Part shown: in pieces, positions 29,724 through 38,647 of the stretch | How positions within the stretch are numbered: the first letter of the stretch is position 1 | Layout: each line of letters begins with the position of its first letter | Origin: Flavobacteriales bacterium | GTDB taxonomy: Bacteria; Bacteroidota; Bacteroidia; Flavobacteriales_D; JAHECK01 | DNA length: 64,000 bases | Direction of reading: 5' to 3' | Assembly (NCBI GenBank): GCA_024641785.1 | Contig: JAHECK010000001.1 | Span: 82 to 64,081 of the forward strand | Program-made: the position numbers and the translations under genes | The notes under the pieces: model-generated | Seen by the model: only the letters and a program-made list of their open reading frames with translations | What the model was told of the DNA's origin: nothing | The model's database searches: none

Positions 29724-29917
29724 AAATAAACCCTATAAAACAAGACTTTCAGATTGTAGTTTATAGACGAATGAACAAGGACCTCATGTTTATTACAATC
29801 TTACTAATTGCCTTATCTTGATACTAATATAAGAATTTAGTCGAACAATTTTCATTTATCATAATAATTTCAGCTGCAAAACAATTTTATTATGCTAAAA
29901 ATATACTTTTTGTTATT

Positions 29918-31291
29918 TTATGGTTGTAATGAAATATGTTCATCTCCTTCCTTATAGGGTAAATAAGTGATGATAAATTGGAACATTTCATCAGTAGTAC
30001 CCATGCTTCCATTCCTTTCTCTGATCGTTCGAGGCGGATTAAAAGGGTTTTCCGGATTATCAAGGGTATTATCAAAAGTTGCACTTACATAAATCACACT
30101 TCCAACAGGAATTTTTACCATTTTAGGAAAGGTATAAAAAAACTGCCAACGGAAATTCCATTTTGGAATAGAAATTAAATTTAAAGTATCTTTTTCAGGA
30201 GTTACCGCATAGGCAATCATCGATTTTCCAAGTAAATGCATATGTGGATTTAAAGTAAGAATTGAGATGGTATATGGAACTTCCCATTGTGTGCTAAATG
30301 TTTTAATTTCATTAGCGGGAATAATCAATGCCGGATTTACCTTTGTTGCTCCCAATGTTCCTAATAAGATCTCCAAAACAGGCCTTTCCGGTTTTTTTTC
30401 TGCAAAAAAGAGATTGATAGACGACTGGTCCGAAGTATCAATTGGTGTTGGTCCGAAATGAATGTCCTTTAGTAAAATAAAACCCTTCTTTTTTAAGCTT
30501 ATTCCTCCAATTCCATCCGGATATCGAGTATTCACTGAGCCAGGTAGATAATTAACAACCGAACTTGTAAGATAAGGATAAGTCCCATCATCATTTAGAA
30601 TACCCATTTCCATATATAAGAGATGTTGTGAAATAGAGCGATCGTATTTTACACTATTTTTTCCATTTGAAAAATCTTCTTTTTTCCCTTCATCATACTG
30701 AACTACATGTCCATTTACATGATGTAATAATTTTCGATTATCCGGAACAAACTCTATTGCGCTTATAAAAGTATCGCGCTCTAGTTCGTAGGGTATTTTT
30801 ACCACCATAAACTGATCTGTATTATTCCCTTCGATATGATAGGGTTCGACCATTTTCAAAATGAGATCCGGATCCCCTAACATAGACCCTTCTGTATAAA
30901 TTGGTGGTGAAGGAATACTATTCTCGTCCCCGATTTTTGAGCCTTGTAACACCCATGCCTGAATAAGTTGAATCTCGTCGTCGCTTAATCCCCATTCATT
31001 TAAAAAATGAGAATAATTTTTATCTGCAGGCCATGGTGGCATATATTTGGTCTCCACCACTTCTCTGATCATCTTAGATCGCTTTGATACATCGTGATAG
31101 GAAATCAATTTAAAGGGCCCTGCTTCACCCGGACGGTGACAAGGCGTGCAATTCTGATGAATGATAGGCGCAATATTTTCTGAAAAAGTAATTTCCTCAT
31201 CCATATAAGGATTGTTCCTTCCTTCATACCATGTACATGAACTTAAAGATCCAAGGAGGATAATAAAAATAAGTGCTATTCTATGATGCAT
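29918..31291 (-). CDS. lipoprotein: cytochrome c domain fused to PHM/DBH-like copper monooxygenase
   Basis: Lipobox LSSC. Haem-c site CTPCH (31136..31150) followed by MPPW. PHM-like motifs LLHH (30719..30724), DIHFG, HMHLLGK (30236..30244) and TTDEMF (Met codon 29984..29986). Confidence 0.75.
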   Translation of the reverse strand: MHHRIALIFIILLGSLSSCTWYEGRNNPYMDEEITFSENIAPIIHQNCTPCHRPGEAGPFKLISYHDVSKRSKMIREVVETKYMPPWPADKNYSHFLNEWGLSDDEIQLIQAWVLQGSKIGDENSIPSPPIYTEGSMLGDPDLILKMVEPYHIEGNNTDQFMVVKIPYELERDTFISAIEFVPDNRKLLHHVNGHVVQYDEGKKEDFSNGKNSVKYDRSISQHLLYMEMGILNDDGTYPYLTSSVVNYLPGSVNTRYPDGIGGISLKKKGFILLKDIHFGPTPIDTSDQSSINLFFAEKKPERPVLEILLGTLGATKVNPALIIPANEIKTFSTQWEVPYTISILTLNPHMHLLGKSMIAYAVTPEKDTLNLISIPKWNFRWQFFYTFPKMVKIPVGSVIYVSATFDNTLDNPENPFNPPRTIRERNGSMGTTDEMFQFIITYLPYKEGDEHISLQP

Positions 31292-31851
31292 CCTACGGCT
31301 CGTGTTTTAGAAATAGTAACTTTTTTATCATCGAGTAATTCGATCAGAGCATCTCTCAGGTAATGCTCACTAATAACTTGTCGTTGTTTACCAAGGGTGA
31401 TCGCCCAATTATCTATCGCTCCCTGATATTGGATCTGACCTAATTGATCAATAACAAATACTTCTGGAGTTGTCGTTGCTTCACAATAATCACTTAAGCG
31501 ATAAGCAGGATCAAAAAAACTTGAACCTAATGTAAGATCATATCTCTTTAAAAATTGAATGATCTGTGGCTTAGGATAAAAAGTTCCCGGAAAAATAGAA
31601 TAGAAAAAAACCTCTTTATCTCTAAACTCCGATTGGAGATTTTTTAATGTTAAGGTGTAATTTTCGCTTAAAGGACATTCAGGAGATAAAAAAGTAAGGA
31701 CTATAAATCGTCCTTTTAAAGAAGAAACTGCTCGTTCTTTACCTTCAGTATCTTCGAGATTGATCTTAGAATACTCAAGCACTTTTTTATCGCATGCAGA
31801 AAATAGCATCCCAAATAATAATACTAGTAATATTCCTTTGTTCATTGTCAA
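31276..31851 (-). CDS. thioredoxin-fold (redoxin/TlpA-like) lipoprotein with CxxS motif
   Basis: Lipobox FSAC. IVLTFLSPECPLSENY sits at the position of the redoxin CxxC, but reads CPLS here (31666..31677). Overlaps the downstream monooxygenase gene by 16 nt. Confidence 0.65.
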   Translation of the reverse strand: MTMNKGILLVLLFGMLFSACDKKVLEYSKINLEDTEGKERAVSSLKGRFIVLTFLSPECPLSENYTLTLKNLQSEFRDKEVFFYSIFPGTFYPKPQIIQFLKRYDLTLGSSFFDPAYRLSDYCEATTTPEVFVIDQLGQIQYQGAIDNWAITLGKQRQVISEHYLRDALIELLDDKKVTISKTRAVGCIIE

Positions 31852-31882
31852 ATATTTTGAATTTGACCTGAATTCATCTTTT

Positions 31883-32938
31883 TTATTTATCGAGAGAATT
31901 CAGCATTTGCTTTACCGATTGTTCCTCAGTCTTCGGACAGATCAAAAGGGCTTTTTCCGTTTCAACAATGATGTAGTCTTTCATCCCTCTGATCACTAAA
32001 GATTTATCCGTTTCATTTCTGATCATATTATTTTCAGAATTAAAAAGAATAACCTTCTTACCTGTTACCGCATTTGCATTTTCATCTTGCTCTAAATGCT
32101 CATATAAAGAGCCCCAGGTACCCAGGTCAGACCATCCAAAATCGGTCATTATCATTTCTACATTCGAGCTTTTTTCCATAATAGCATAATCGATACTAAT
32201 GCTCTCACAATTAGGAAAATGTACATCAATAAATGACTGCTCATTTGAGGTATTATAAAATTCTTCTCCTGATTTAAAAAGCTTTTTCATTTCAGGTAAA
32301 TAAGAAGAGATCGCTCGGTCGATATTTTGGTAATTCCAAATAAAAATCCCCGAGTTCCAAAAGTAATTTCCTGCCTTTATAAATGCGTTAGCTTCTTCTA
32401 ATGGAGGTTTTTCTGTGAATTTATCTACTGTTCTCACTTTCCCTTTCTGCTGAGCATCAAATTTAATGTAGCCGTAACCGGTATCAGGTCGATGAGGCTT
32501 AATACCCAAAGTAACTAGTTTATCACTAGAGGAAGTGCGTTCTATTGCTAAATTGATATCGCGTTCAAATTCCTTAACATCTAAAACTAAATGATCCGCC
32601 GGACTAACGATCATATTTGCTTCAGGGTCATTCATTCCGATCTTATATGTAGCATAAGCAATACATGGAGCTGTATTTCTCATTACTGGCTCCAATAATA
32701 TATTTTCTTCAGGAAGTTCAGGAAGTTGTTCCTTTACGAGATCGGCATATTCTTTATTCGTTAAAACATACATTTGTTCGGAAGAGCATATGTTTTTAAA
32801 TCGATCCGCTGTTTGCTGTATTAAGGTTCTTCCTGTACCCAATACATCATGAAATTGTTTAGGAAATTCCTTTCTGCTCATTGGCCAGAATCGACTTCCG
32901 ATTCCGCCAGCCATTATAATTACATAATTATGCTTCAT
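31883..32938 (-). CDS. mannose-1-phosphate guanylyltransferase (nucleotidyltransferase domain only)
   Basis: N-terminal MAGGIGSRFWPMSR pyrophosphorylase signature. At 351 aa it lacks a C-terminal PMI/cupin domain. Confidence 0.8.
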   Translation of the reverse strand: MKHNYVIIMAGGIGSRFWPMSRKEFPKQFHDVLGTGRTLIQQTADRFKNICSSEQMYVLTNKEYADLVKEQLPELPEENILLEPVMRNTAPCIAYATYKIGMNDPEANMIVSPADHLVLDVKEFERDINLAIERTSSSDKLVTLGIKPHRPDTGYGYIKFDAQQKGKVRTVDKFTEKPPLEEANAFIKAGNYFWNSGIFIWNYQNIDRAISSYLPEMKKLFKSGEEFYNTSNEQSFIDVHFPNCESISIDYAIMEKSSNVEMIMTDFGWSDLGTWGSLYEHLEQDENANAVTGKKVILFNSENNMIRNETDKSLVIRGMKDYIIVETEKALLICPKTEEQSVKQMLNSLDK

Positions 32939-34194
32939 GAATAGGAAAGTTTGTCAAGTGCACTTTTCAATTGATCATTAATGATCTTTATATCCTCACT
33001 CCGAGTAGTTCCAATCGACAGTCTGAACCAAGGCAATGATTTTGAAGCTCCAAAAGCATAAAAAGGGACCAATGCGATCTTAGCCTCATTTAAAATATAG
33101 CCAAAGACTTCTTCAACCGTATTTAATTTGCTTCCATCTTCTTTCTTTGCCCCGATCAGATCTAATTTTACTGTTAAGTAAATCGCCGCTTGTGGCGCGA
33201 TCACATCAACAGGATAGCCCTCTTTCTTTAAATTTGAGAAGACGTCGTAAAAACCATCCAGCCTACTATTAATTCTTTTATTGAATTCATTTAAATAGAT
33301 TCCAAACTCTTTATCATGTAAAAAATCAGCGACGGCTAATTGTTCCGGTTTAGCTGCCCATGCTCCAACATGACCAAGAAAAGTCTTTATTTTTGCCATT
33401 AATGGTTTTGGACCTAATGCCCACCCTACTCTTACTCCTGTACCTGCAAGCCATTTTGAAATTCCATCAATGATAACAGTATACTCTTTCATTTCAGGAA
33501 AAATACTGATCGGAGTATAATGTTCCTGATCTCCATGAATTAAGTAACTATATATTTGATCATAAACTAAAAATAAAGGCTTCGCATTTTTTCCTCTTCT
33601 ATGATTCTCTTCTAAAACCATTTCACAAATTTCAGTGAGCGCTTCCTTAGTAATGATCGTTCCGGAAGGATTTAACGGACTATTTAAAGCGATGATGTTA
33701 GCCTCCTTTAAAAAAGGCCGCATATCTTCTGCACTCGGCATAAAATGATCTTCCGCTTTTGTTTCTATAATAAATGACTTTGCATTTGTAAGAATACAAT
33801 AGTGCTCGTTATTCCAGCTGGGAACAGGATAAATTACCCCATCTCCGGCATCAAGAATACTTTCGAAAACGCTATAAAGCAATGGTCTTCCTCCTGCTCC
33901 AATAATGATCTCTTCAGGATCATAGTTTATTCCGGTATCCTTTAAAAAAAGCTCTGCTAAGGAATTCCTTAAATTTAATTCTCCGTTTGCAGCAGGATAA
34001 TTTGTTCGATGTTCTTTATAATAATGAATGATCCTTTCGCTTAGTTTTTCAGGGATTGGAAAGATCTCCGGATTAAAATCACCCACCGTTAAATTGTAAA
34101 TAGATTCTCCTCTCAAAATACGCTCCTTCGCCTCTCCTGAAATTTTCAATATTTCAGATCCGATCATGTTTTCAACTGTACGTGATAGCTTCAT
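32935..34194 (-). CDS. class I/II PLP-dependent aminotransferase
   Basis: PLP-lysine region DGISKWLAGTGVRVGW, NSPLNPSG motif, 419 aa. ATGA overlap with the downstream gene. Confidence 0.8.
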   Translation of the reverse strand: MKLSRTVENMIGSEILKISGEAKERILRGESIYNLTVGDFNPEIFPIPEKLSERIIHYYKEHRTNYPAANGELNLRNSLAELFLKDTGINYDPEEIIIGAGGRPLLYSVFESILDAGDGVIYPVPSWNNEHYCILTNAKSFIIETKAEDHFMPSAEDMRPFLKEANIIALNSPLNPSGTIITKEALTEICEMVLEENHRRGKNAKPLFLVYDQIYSYLIHGDQEHYTPISIFPEMKEYTVIIDGISKWLAGTGVRVGWALGPKPLMAKIKTFLGHVGAWAAKPEQLAVADFLHDKEFGIYLNEFNKRINSRLDGFYDVFSNLKKEGYPVDVIAPQAAIYLTVKLDLIGAKKEDGSKLNTVEEVFGYILNEAKIALVPFYAFGASKSLPWFRLSIGTTRSEDIKIINDQLKSALDKLSYS

Positions 34195-34222
34195 AGAATT
34201 AAATGTTTTGATAAAAACAAAG

Positions 34223-34840
34223 TTATTTATTTAATTGAGTTACAACGGCTGAACCTGACACCAAATAATTCCTTTTATTTTCTAGGTCCTTACATAAAAA
34301 GCGTGTTCTCCTCTTATTCAACACTTCAAATTGTCTTCCTTTTATTTCAAAATGATCACCCGCTTCCAGATCGTGTAAGATCTGAATTACATCACTTTTA
34401 TCCATATGCATTAAATGCTTAGTCAGATAAGGATCATTGCAAGTTGTTGCTTTTAAATTTTTAAAATGTGTTTGAATAATTTGCTGTACATTTTCAGGGA
34501 AATATTCTGCAAAATCCTGGTACATTTTACGGTACTCATGCTTCCATTCATGTCCGTGGGCTTTCACTCTAAACTTGTTTTTTATCCATACATGCATATG
34601 TGCAAATTCATGAAGTAAAACCAATAAAAACATATAAGGATTCAGATCCCCATTAACTGAAATTCGATGATAAGCTTTCAAACGGTTAGGCGCCCGATAA
34701 TCTCCTAATTTTGTTTTTCTGTTTTTTGTGATCGTCAATTTTACATTTTCATCGATAATAACATTAGCGATCGCATCACACGATTCTAAAGGCATGAATT
34801 TCTGTAATTGTTTCGAAAGCTTTTCTATTTCAGACATCAC
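34223..34840 (-). CDS. SprT-like zinc metallopeptidase-fold protein
   Basis: HExxH motif (LLHEFAHM) in a ~200-aa protein with a basic C-terminal tail. Confidence 0.6.
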   Translation of the reverse strand: MMSEIEKLSKQLQKFMPLESCDAIANVIIDENVKLTITKNRKTKLGDYRAPNRLKAYHRISVNGDLNPYMFLLVLLHEFAHMHVWIKNKFRVKAHGHEWKHEYRKMYQDFAEYFPENVQQIIQTHFKNLKATTCNDPYLTKHLMHMDKSDVIQILHDLEAGDHFEIKGRQFEVLNKRRTRFLCKDLENKRNYLVSGSAVVTQLNK

Positions 34841-35041
34841 TATCCTTTTCTATAATAGTTATCTTTTGCTCAACTTTAGTCCATTTAGGACAAGTATTAC
34901 AACGATTCTTCTTTCGCAGAAAACAGCTTTGCATTAGGAAAAGACCTAAAAAAAGGAATACTAGTATTTTAATTTTCAATAGCTTAATTTCTTAAAGGGG
35001 ATCACAGGCCCCAAAAATAAAAATTTAACCAAAGAATTGAA

Positions 35042-35049
35042 TATCTTTG
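35042..35049 (+). promoter_or_regulatory. Bacteroidota -7 promoter box TATCTTTG
   Basis: Exact TAnnTTTG, 20 nt upstream of the ATG at 35070. Confidence 0.45.
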
Positions 35050-35069
35050 ATTAAAACACTGACTTATTT

Positions 35070-35810
35070 ATGAACTTTATTTCCGACATCGGAAGGTATA
35101 CTAAATTTATGATAACGGTGCTGAAACCACCTCAGAAATGGAGGGTAAGCGCAAATCAATTAGTCCGTGAATTAAACGATATTGGTGTCGACTCAATAGG
35201 GATCGTTAGCCTAATGTCTGTTTTCATGGGAGCGGTAATAACGCTGCAAACTGCAGCAAATATTGATAGTCCGCTGATCCCTGCATATACCATTGGCTTC
35301 ACAACACGGCAGTCTATTATACTGGAGTTTTCTCCTACGATCATCGCGTTAATTTTAGCAGGAAAAGTAGGTTCAAGTATCGCTTCTCAATTGGGAACAA
35401 TGAAAATAACTGAGCAGATCGATGCATTGTCAATGATGGGAGTAAAATCAGCTTCCTTTCTTGTCATGCCGAAAATTGTCGCTGCGGTATTCTTTTTTCC
35501 TTTTCTAATCACCCTAAGTATGGTCCTTGGAATTGTTGGGGGTTGGGCTTTCGGATTACTTGCCGGTGTTGTTAGCACAGCAGATTACATTGATGGATTA
35601 AGATTGGATTTTGATAGCTTCGGTTATACTTATTCGATGATCAAAACGGTAATGTTTGCCTTTTTGATCACTTCGATATCTGCCTATAACGGTTTCTTTG
35701 CAAAAGGAAGCGCCTTGGAAGTGAGTAAAGCCAGTACACGAGCCGTCGTAAGCTCAAGTATTGCCATTTTAATTAGTAATTATCTCATTACTCAAATTCT
35801 TCTTTTATGA
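35070..35810 (+). CDS. mlaE: MlaE-family ABC transporter permease
   Basis: Five or six TM segments. The MKITEQIDALSMMG motif is typical of MlaE/YrbE permeases. Confidence 0.8.
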   Translation: MNFISDIGRYTKFMITVLKPPQKWRVSANQLVRELNDIGVDSIGIVSLMSVFMGAVITLQTAANIDSPLIPAYTIGFTTRQSIILEFSPTIIALILAGKVGSSIASQLGTMKITEQIDALSMMGVKSASFLVMPKIVAAVFFFPFLITLSMVLGIVGGWAFGLLAGVVSTADYIDGLRLDFDSFGYTYSMIKTVMFAFLITSISAYNGFFAKGSALEVSKASTRAVVSSSIAILISNYLITQILLL

Positions 35811-36568
35811 TCGAAGTAAAGAATTTGAGCAAATCATTTGATGGAAATGAGATCCTTTTTGATATCAATACACATTTTGAGCGTGGTAAAGTTAATTTGA
35901 TCATTGGACAAAGCGGTTCAGGAAAAACAGTTCTAACAAAATGCATCGTAGGATTACATTCTGTAGATACTGGAGGAATTCTATTCAATAATGAAGATGT
36001 AACCAAATATAATTCACAACAGCAAAATGACCTTAGAAAACAAATTGGGATGTTGTTTCAGGGAGGTGCTTTATTTGATTCGATGACTGTTGAACAGAAT
36101 GTGATGTTTCCACTTATGATGTTCAGTGAACTCTCTAAAGCGGAAATGAAAAAACGAGTTGATGAATGTTTGGAACGGGTAAATTTAGAAGGGAAAAATA
36201 AACTCTATCCTTCAGAAACTTCAGGAGGAATGCAAAAGAGGATAGCGATTGCAAGAGCGATCTCTATGAACCCTAAATACCTTTTTTGTGATGAGCCTAA
36301 TTCAGGTTTAGATCCTCAAACCGCTATTGTAATCGATGAGCTAATTCAACAAATTACTTACGAATATAATATCACTACCATCGTAGTAACACATGATATG
36401 AATTCAGTTCTTGAAATTGGTGATAATATTCTATTTATCTATAAAGGTCATGCACATTGGGAAGGAAATAAAAACACCATTCTCCAAAGTGATGACCAAT
36501 ATTTAAATGAATTCGTTTATGCTTCAGAATTCATGCGGACAGTAAGAAAAAACCTTCGTTCCCAATAA
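35807..36568 (+). CDS. mlaF: MlaF-type ABC transporter ATP-binding protein
   Basis: Walker A GQSGSGKT, signature SGGMQKR, Walker B LFCDEPNSGLD. ATGA overlap with mlaE. Confidence 0.8.
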   Translation: MIEVKNLSKSFDGNEILFDINTHFERGKVNLIIGQSGSGKTVLTKCIVGLHSVDTGGILFNNEDVTKYNSQQQNDLRKQIGMLFQGGALFDSMTVEQNVMFPLMMFSELSKAEMKKRVDECLERVNLEGKNKLYPSETSGGMQKRIAIARAISMNPKYLFCDEPNSGLDPQTAIVIDELIQQITYEYNITTIVVTHDMNSVLEIGDNILFIYKGHAHWEGNKNTILQSDDQYLNEFVYASEFMRTVRKNLRSQ

Positions 36569-38494
36569 TTATTTTACAATAAATTTATTGGTGATCACTG
36601 AATTTCCTTGTTGTAATTCATAAAAATACATTCCTGAATTTAATCCTTCAACATTTAATTTAATTCGTTGTTCTCCGTTTGGAATTGCTCCTAAAGATTG
36701 ATTCAATACCTGTTTTCCGGTCATATCAAATATTGAAATATTCACCAATTCATTTGATTTTGTAGTGAATTTAATTTCTATAAAATCGTTTGCCGGATTT
36801 GGGAAGGTTTTCACATCAGAAAATACTTCTTCTTGTGTCACCACATTTAATGCAATATCGAAGTTTAATCGTATTGCCGGAGTATAATTATAGCCATTGA
36901 ACCAATTGTCATCTCCAAACTGATCCAGACTATAACGAATCGTAGAAAGATCAGAATCACCATCAAGCAATGCTTTATAATAAACCGGTTGTGTACCCGC
37001 TTCAGAAAATAAAGCGATCATATAATGCTCATCCGGGTCGAGCGTTACCGTTGTGCTAAGTCCCATGTTAAATGACTCTCCAGAAAGATCTTCTTCTGTA
37101 ATAGTATGTCCATCTAATAAGGCATCAACACTATAACCACTTACAGGAAATACATTACCCTGAATTCCTCCACTGATTACCTTGTAGATCACCGGATAAA
37201 TCGTTTTTCCAAGCGCAGTAGAATCGACTACTTGGGCTTGAATTCCGTCGAGTACTACGCTGGTTTGCATCTTAAACATACTACCTAACGCAAATTTCTT
37301 GTAAGTCCCTGGATTATCAGGATTTGGTCGGGAACCTTTTGAAGCATCAAAAAAAGTTCCATGTTCATGGGCCATAATATTTACCGTAGTATTAAAAGAT
37401 TTACCCATCATATTATTGTCAGGAAATTCATCATCCATATCCTGATCCGAAATAACATCCACATTACAATTATATAATCCAAGATCTTCAGGAATCAAAC
37501 TGGTTGTTAGAAATAAAGTGTCTCTAACTCCCGGAGCTAGGTCTATTGTATCTGATGAATAGCTTGTGTTACTACCAAATGGATCAAAAACAGTAATTAC
37601 AGCATGAACTCCCGTTTGTTGTAGTCCTCCGTTATTAGTGACGATCACTGTAAATTTTTGATTATTTGTTTGAAGTTCAGGGATTCTTAAATATTCGTAA
37701 TCAATTGTAACATCATTTAAAAATAGATCATTCACTGCTAAATCGTATTCGATCGGATTTACAAAGATCAAAATGTCATCGATTGCCCAAAAATAGTGGG
37801 TAAATCCTGAAAGTTCTTCTGGATTATATCCAAAGCGGATCTTTACTTCACTAAAACCTGCAGCATAGGGAGAAATGTCGATATTGCTTAGCATCGGATT
37901 ATCCGAAAAATTATTTGCTCCATCGGTATAACCCGGTGTAGCTTCCAGATCGATCCATGTGCTTCCTCCATCATTACTCACTCCAACAAATAAAGGTGTG
38001 AAGTCGTAACAACAATAATTAAAGAACTGTTGAAATTGAATTATAGTTGAGGATGCAGTGGTTAAATCCATAACTGGAGAAACTAAAAAACCGGTTCGGT
38101 CTATCCCTCCTATCATTGCTGGATCAGCCGCATCTGCATCAAAAATAAAGAAACCATTTTCAGATGTTGTACTTAATAAGGGTACTCCATTTTGAATGAG
38201 TGGACCATCAGGGCCATCAAAATCCCATCTCCAAATTAAACCATGCTGACCCTCTCTTGTCCATGGACCAAAACCATTATTTCCGGTTAAGCTATCAGCA
38301 AAATCTTCCGAAAAAAGAATTTCATCCATCAGATCCATTTTAGAAGAATAAGGATCATTAAGCTGTTTAGCTTCTTTTACAATATATGACTGCGCCTTTG
38401 TCTGATGATGTTCAGGAAAAAAATCTTGCGCATTTAAATTAAATGAAAGAGCAAAAACAAAGGCGATACTTAAATAAGGAGTAAAAACTTTCAT
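36569..38494 (-). CDS. T9SS cargo protein, paralog 1 (MAM/choice-of-anchor-like N-domain)
   Basis: Signal peptide. Shared blocks FSEDFA, TSENGFFIFDADA, VKIRFGY and WAIDDILIF. C-terminal T9SS domain FPNPANDFIEIKF ... GMYFYELQ ... KFIVK. Confidence 0.7.
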   Translation of the reverse strand: MKVFTPYLSIAFVFALSFNLNAQDFFPEHHQTKAQSYIVKEAKQLNDPYSSKMDLMDEILFSEDFADSLTGNNGFGPWTREGQHGLIWRWDFDGPDGPLIQNGVPLLSTTSENGFFIFDADAADPAMIGGIDRTGFLVSPVMDLTTASSTIIQFQQFFNYCCYDFTPLFVGVSNDGGSTWIDLEATPGYTDGANNFSDNPMLSNIDISPYAAGFSEVKIRFGYNPEELSGFTHYFWAIDDILIFVNPIEYDLAVNDLFLNDVTIDYEYLRIPELQTNNQKFTVIVTNNGGLQQTGVHAVITVFDPFGSNTSYSSDTIDLAPGVRDTLFLTTSLIPEDLGLYNCNVDVISDQDMDDEFPDNNMMGKSFNTTVNIMAHEHGTFFDASKGSRPNPDNPGTYKKFALGSMFKMQTSVVLDGIQAQVVDSTALGKTIYPVIYKVISGGIQGNVFPVSGYSVDALLDGHTITEEDLSGESFNMGLSTTVTLDPDEHYMIALFSEAGTQPVYYKALLDGDSDLSTIRYSLDQFGDDNWFNGYNYTPAIRLNFDIALNVVTQEEVFSDVKTFPNPANDFIEIKFTTKSNELVNISIFDMTGKQVLNQSLGAIPNGEQRIKLNVEGLNSGMYFYELQQGNSVITNKFIVK

Positions 38495-38519
38495 AGATTG
38501 GGATTTGTGTTGTGCATAG

Positions 38520-38527
38520 CAAATATA
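38520..38527 (-). promoter_or_regulatory. Bacteroidota -7 promoter box TATATTTG (minus strand)
   Basis: Plus strand reads CAAATATA. There are 25 nt between the box and the start codon at 38494. Confidence 0.45.
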
Positions 38528-38592
38528 GTACTTATCGAAATATTTACGTAAACCATCTATGTTTTGTTACCTACTATCGAAAATATAGTCAT

Positions 38593-38626
38593 AAAAAAAA
38601 CGCCGATCGAAATTCGATCGGCGTTT
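38593..38626 (-). terminator. Rho-independent terminator of paralog 2
   Basis: Minus strand reads AAACGCCGATCGA-att-TCGATCGGCGT followed by T8. Begins 22 nt after the stop at 38648. Confidence 0.8.
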
Positions 38627-38647
38627 GAATTTAATTTAATAACCGAA

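Noticed and set aside
29771-29821. 16-codon hydrophobic mini-ORF (MNKDLMFITILLIALS), considered as a possible type I toxin-like peptide.
   Set aside because: It is too short to evaluate. There is no promoter box, no antisense partner identified and no conservation information. It is expected by chance in AT-rich spacers.
35807-36568. Absence of an MlaD/MCE gene after mlaE-mlaF, considered as an anomaly.
   Set aside because: The third component can be encoded elsewhere, and I cannot see the rest of the genome. On its own this is not evidence of anything unusual.
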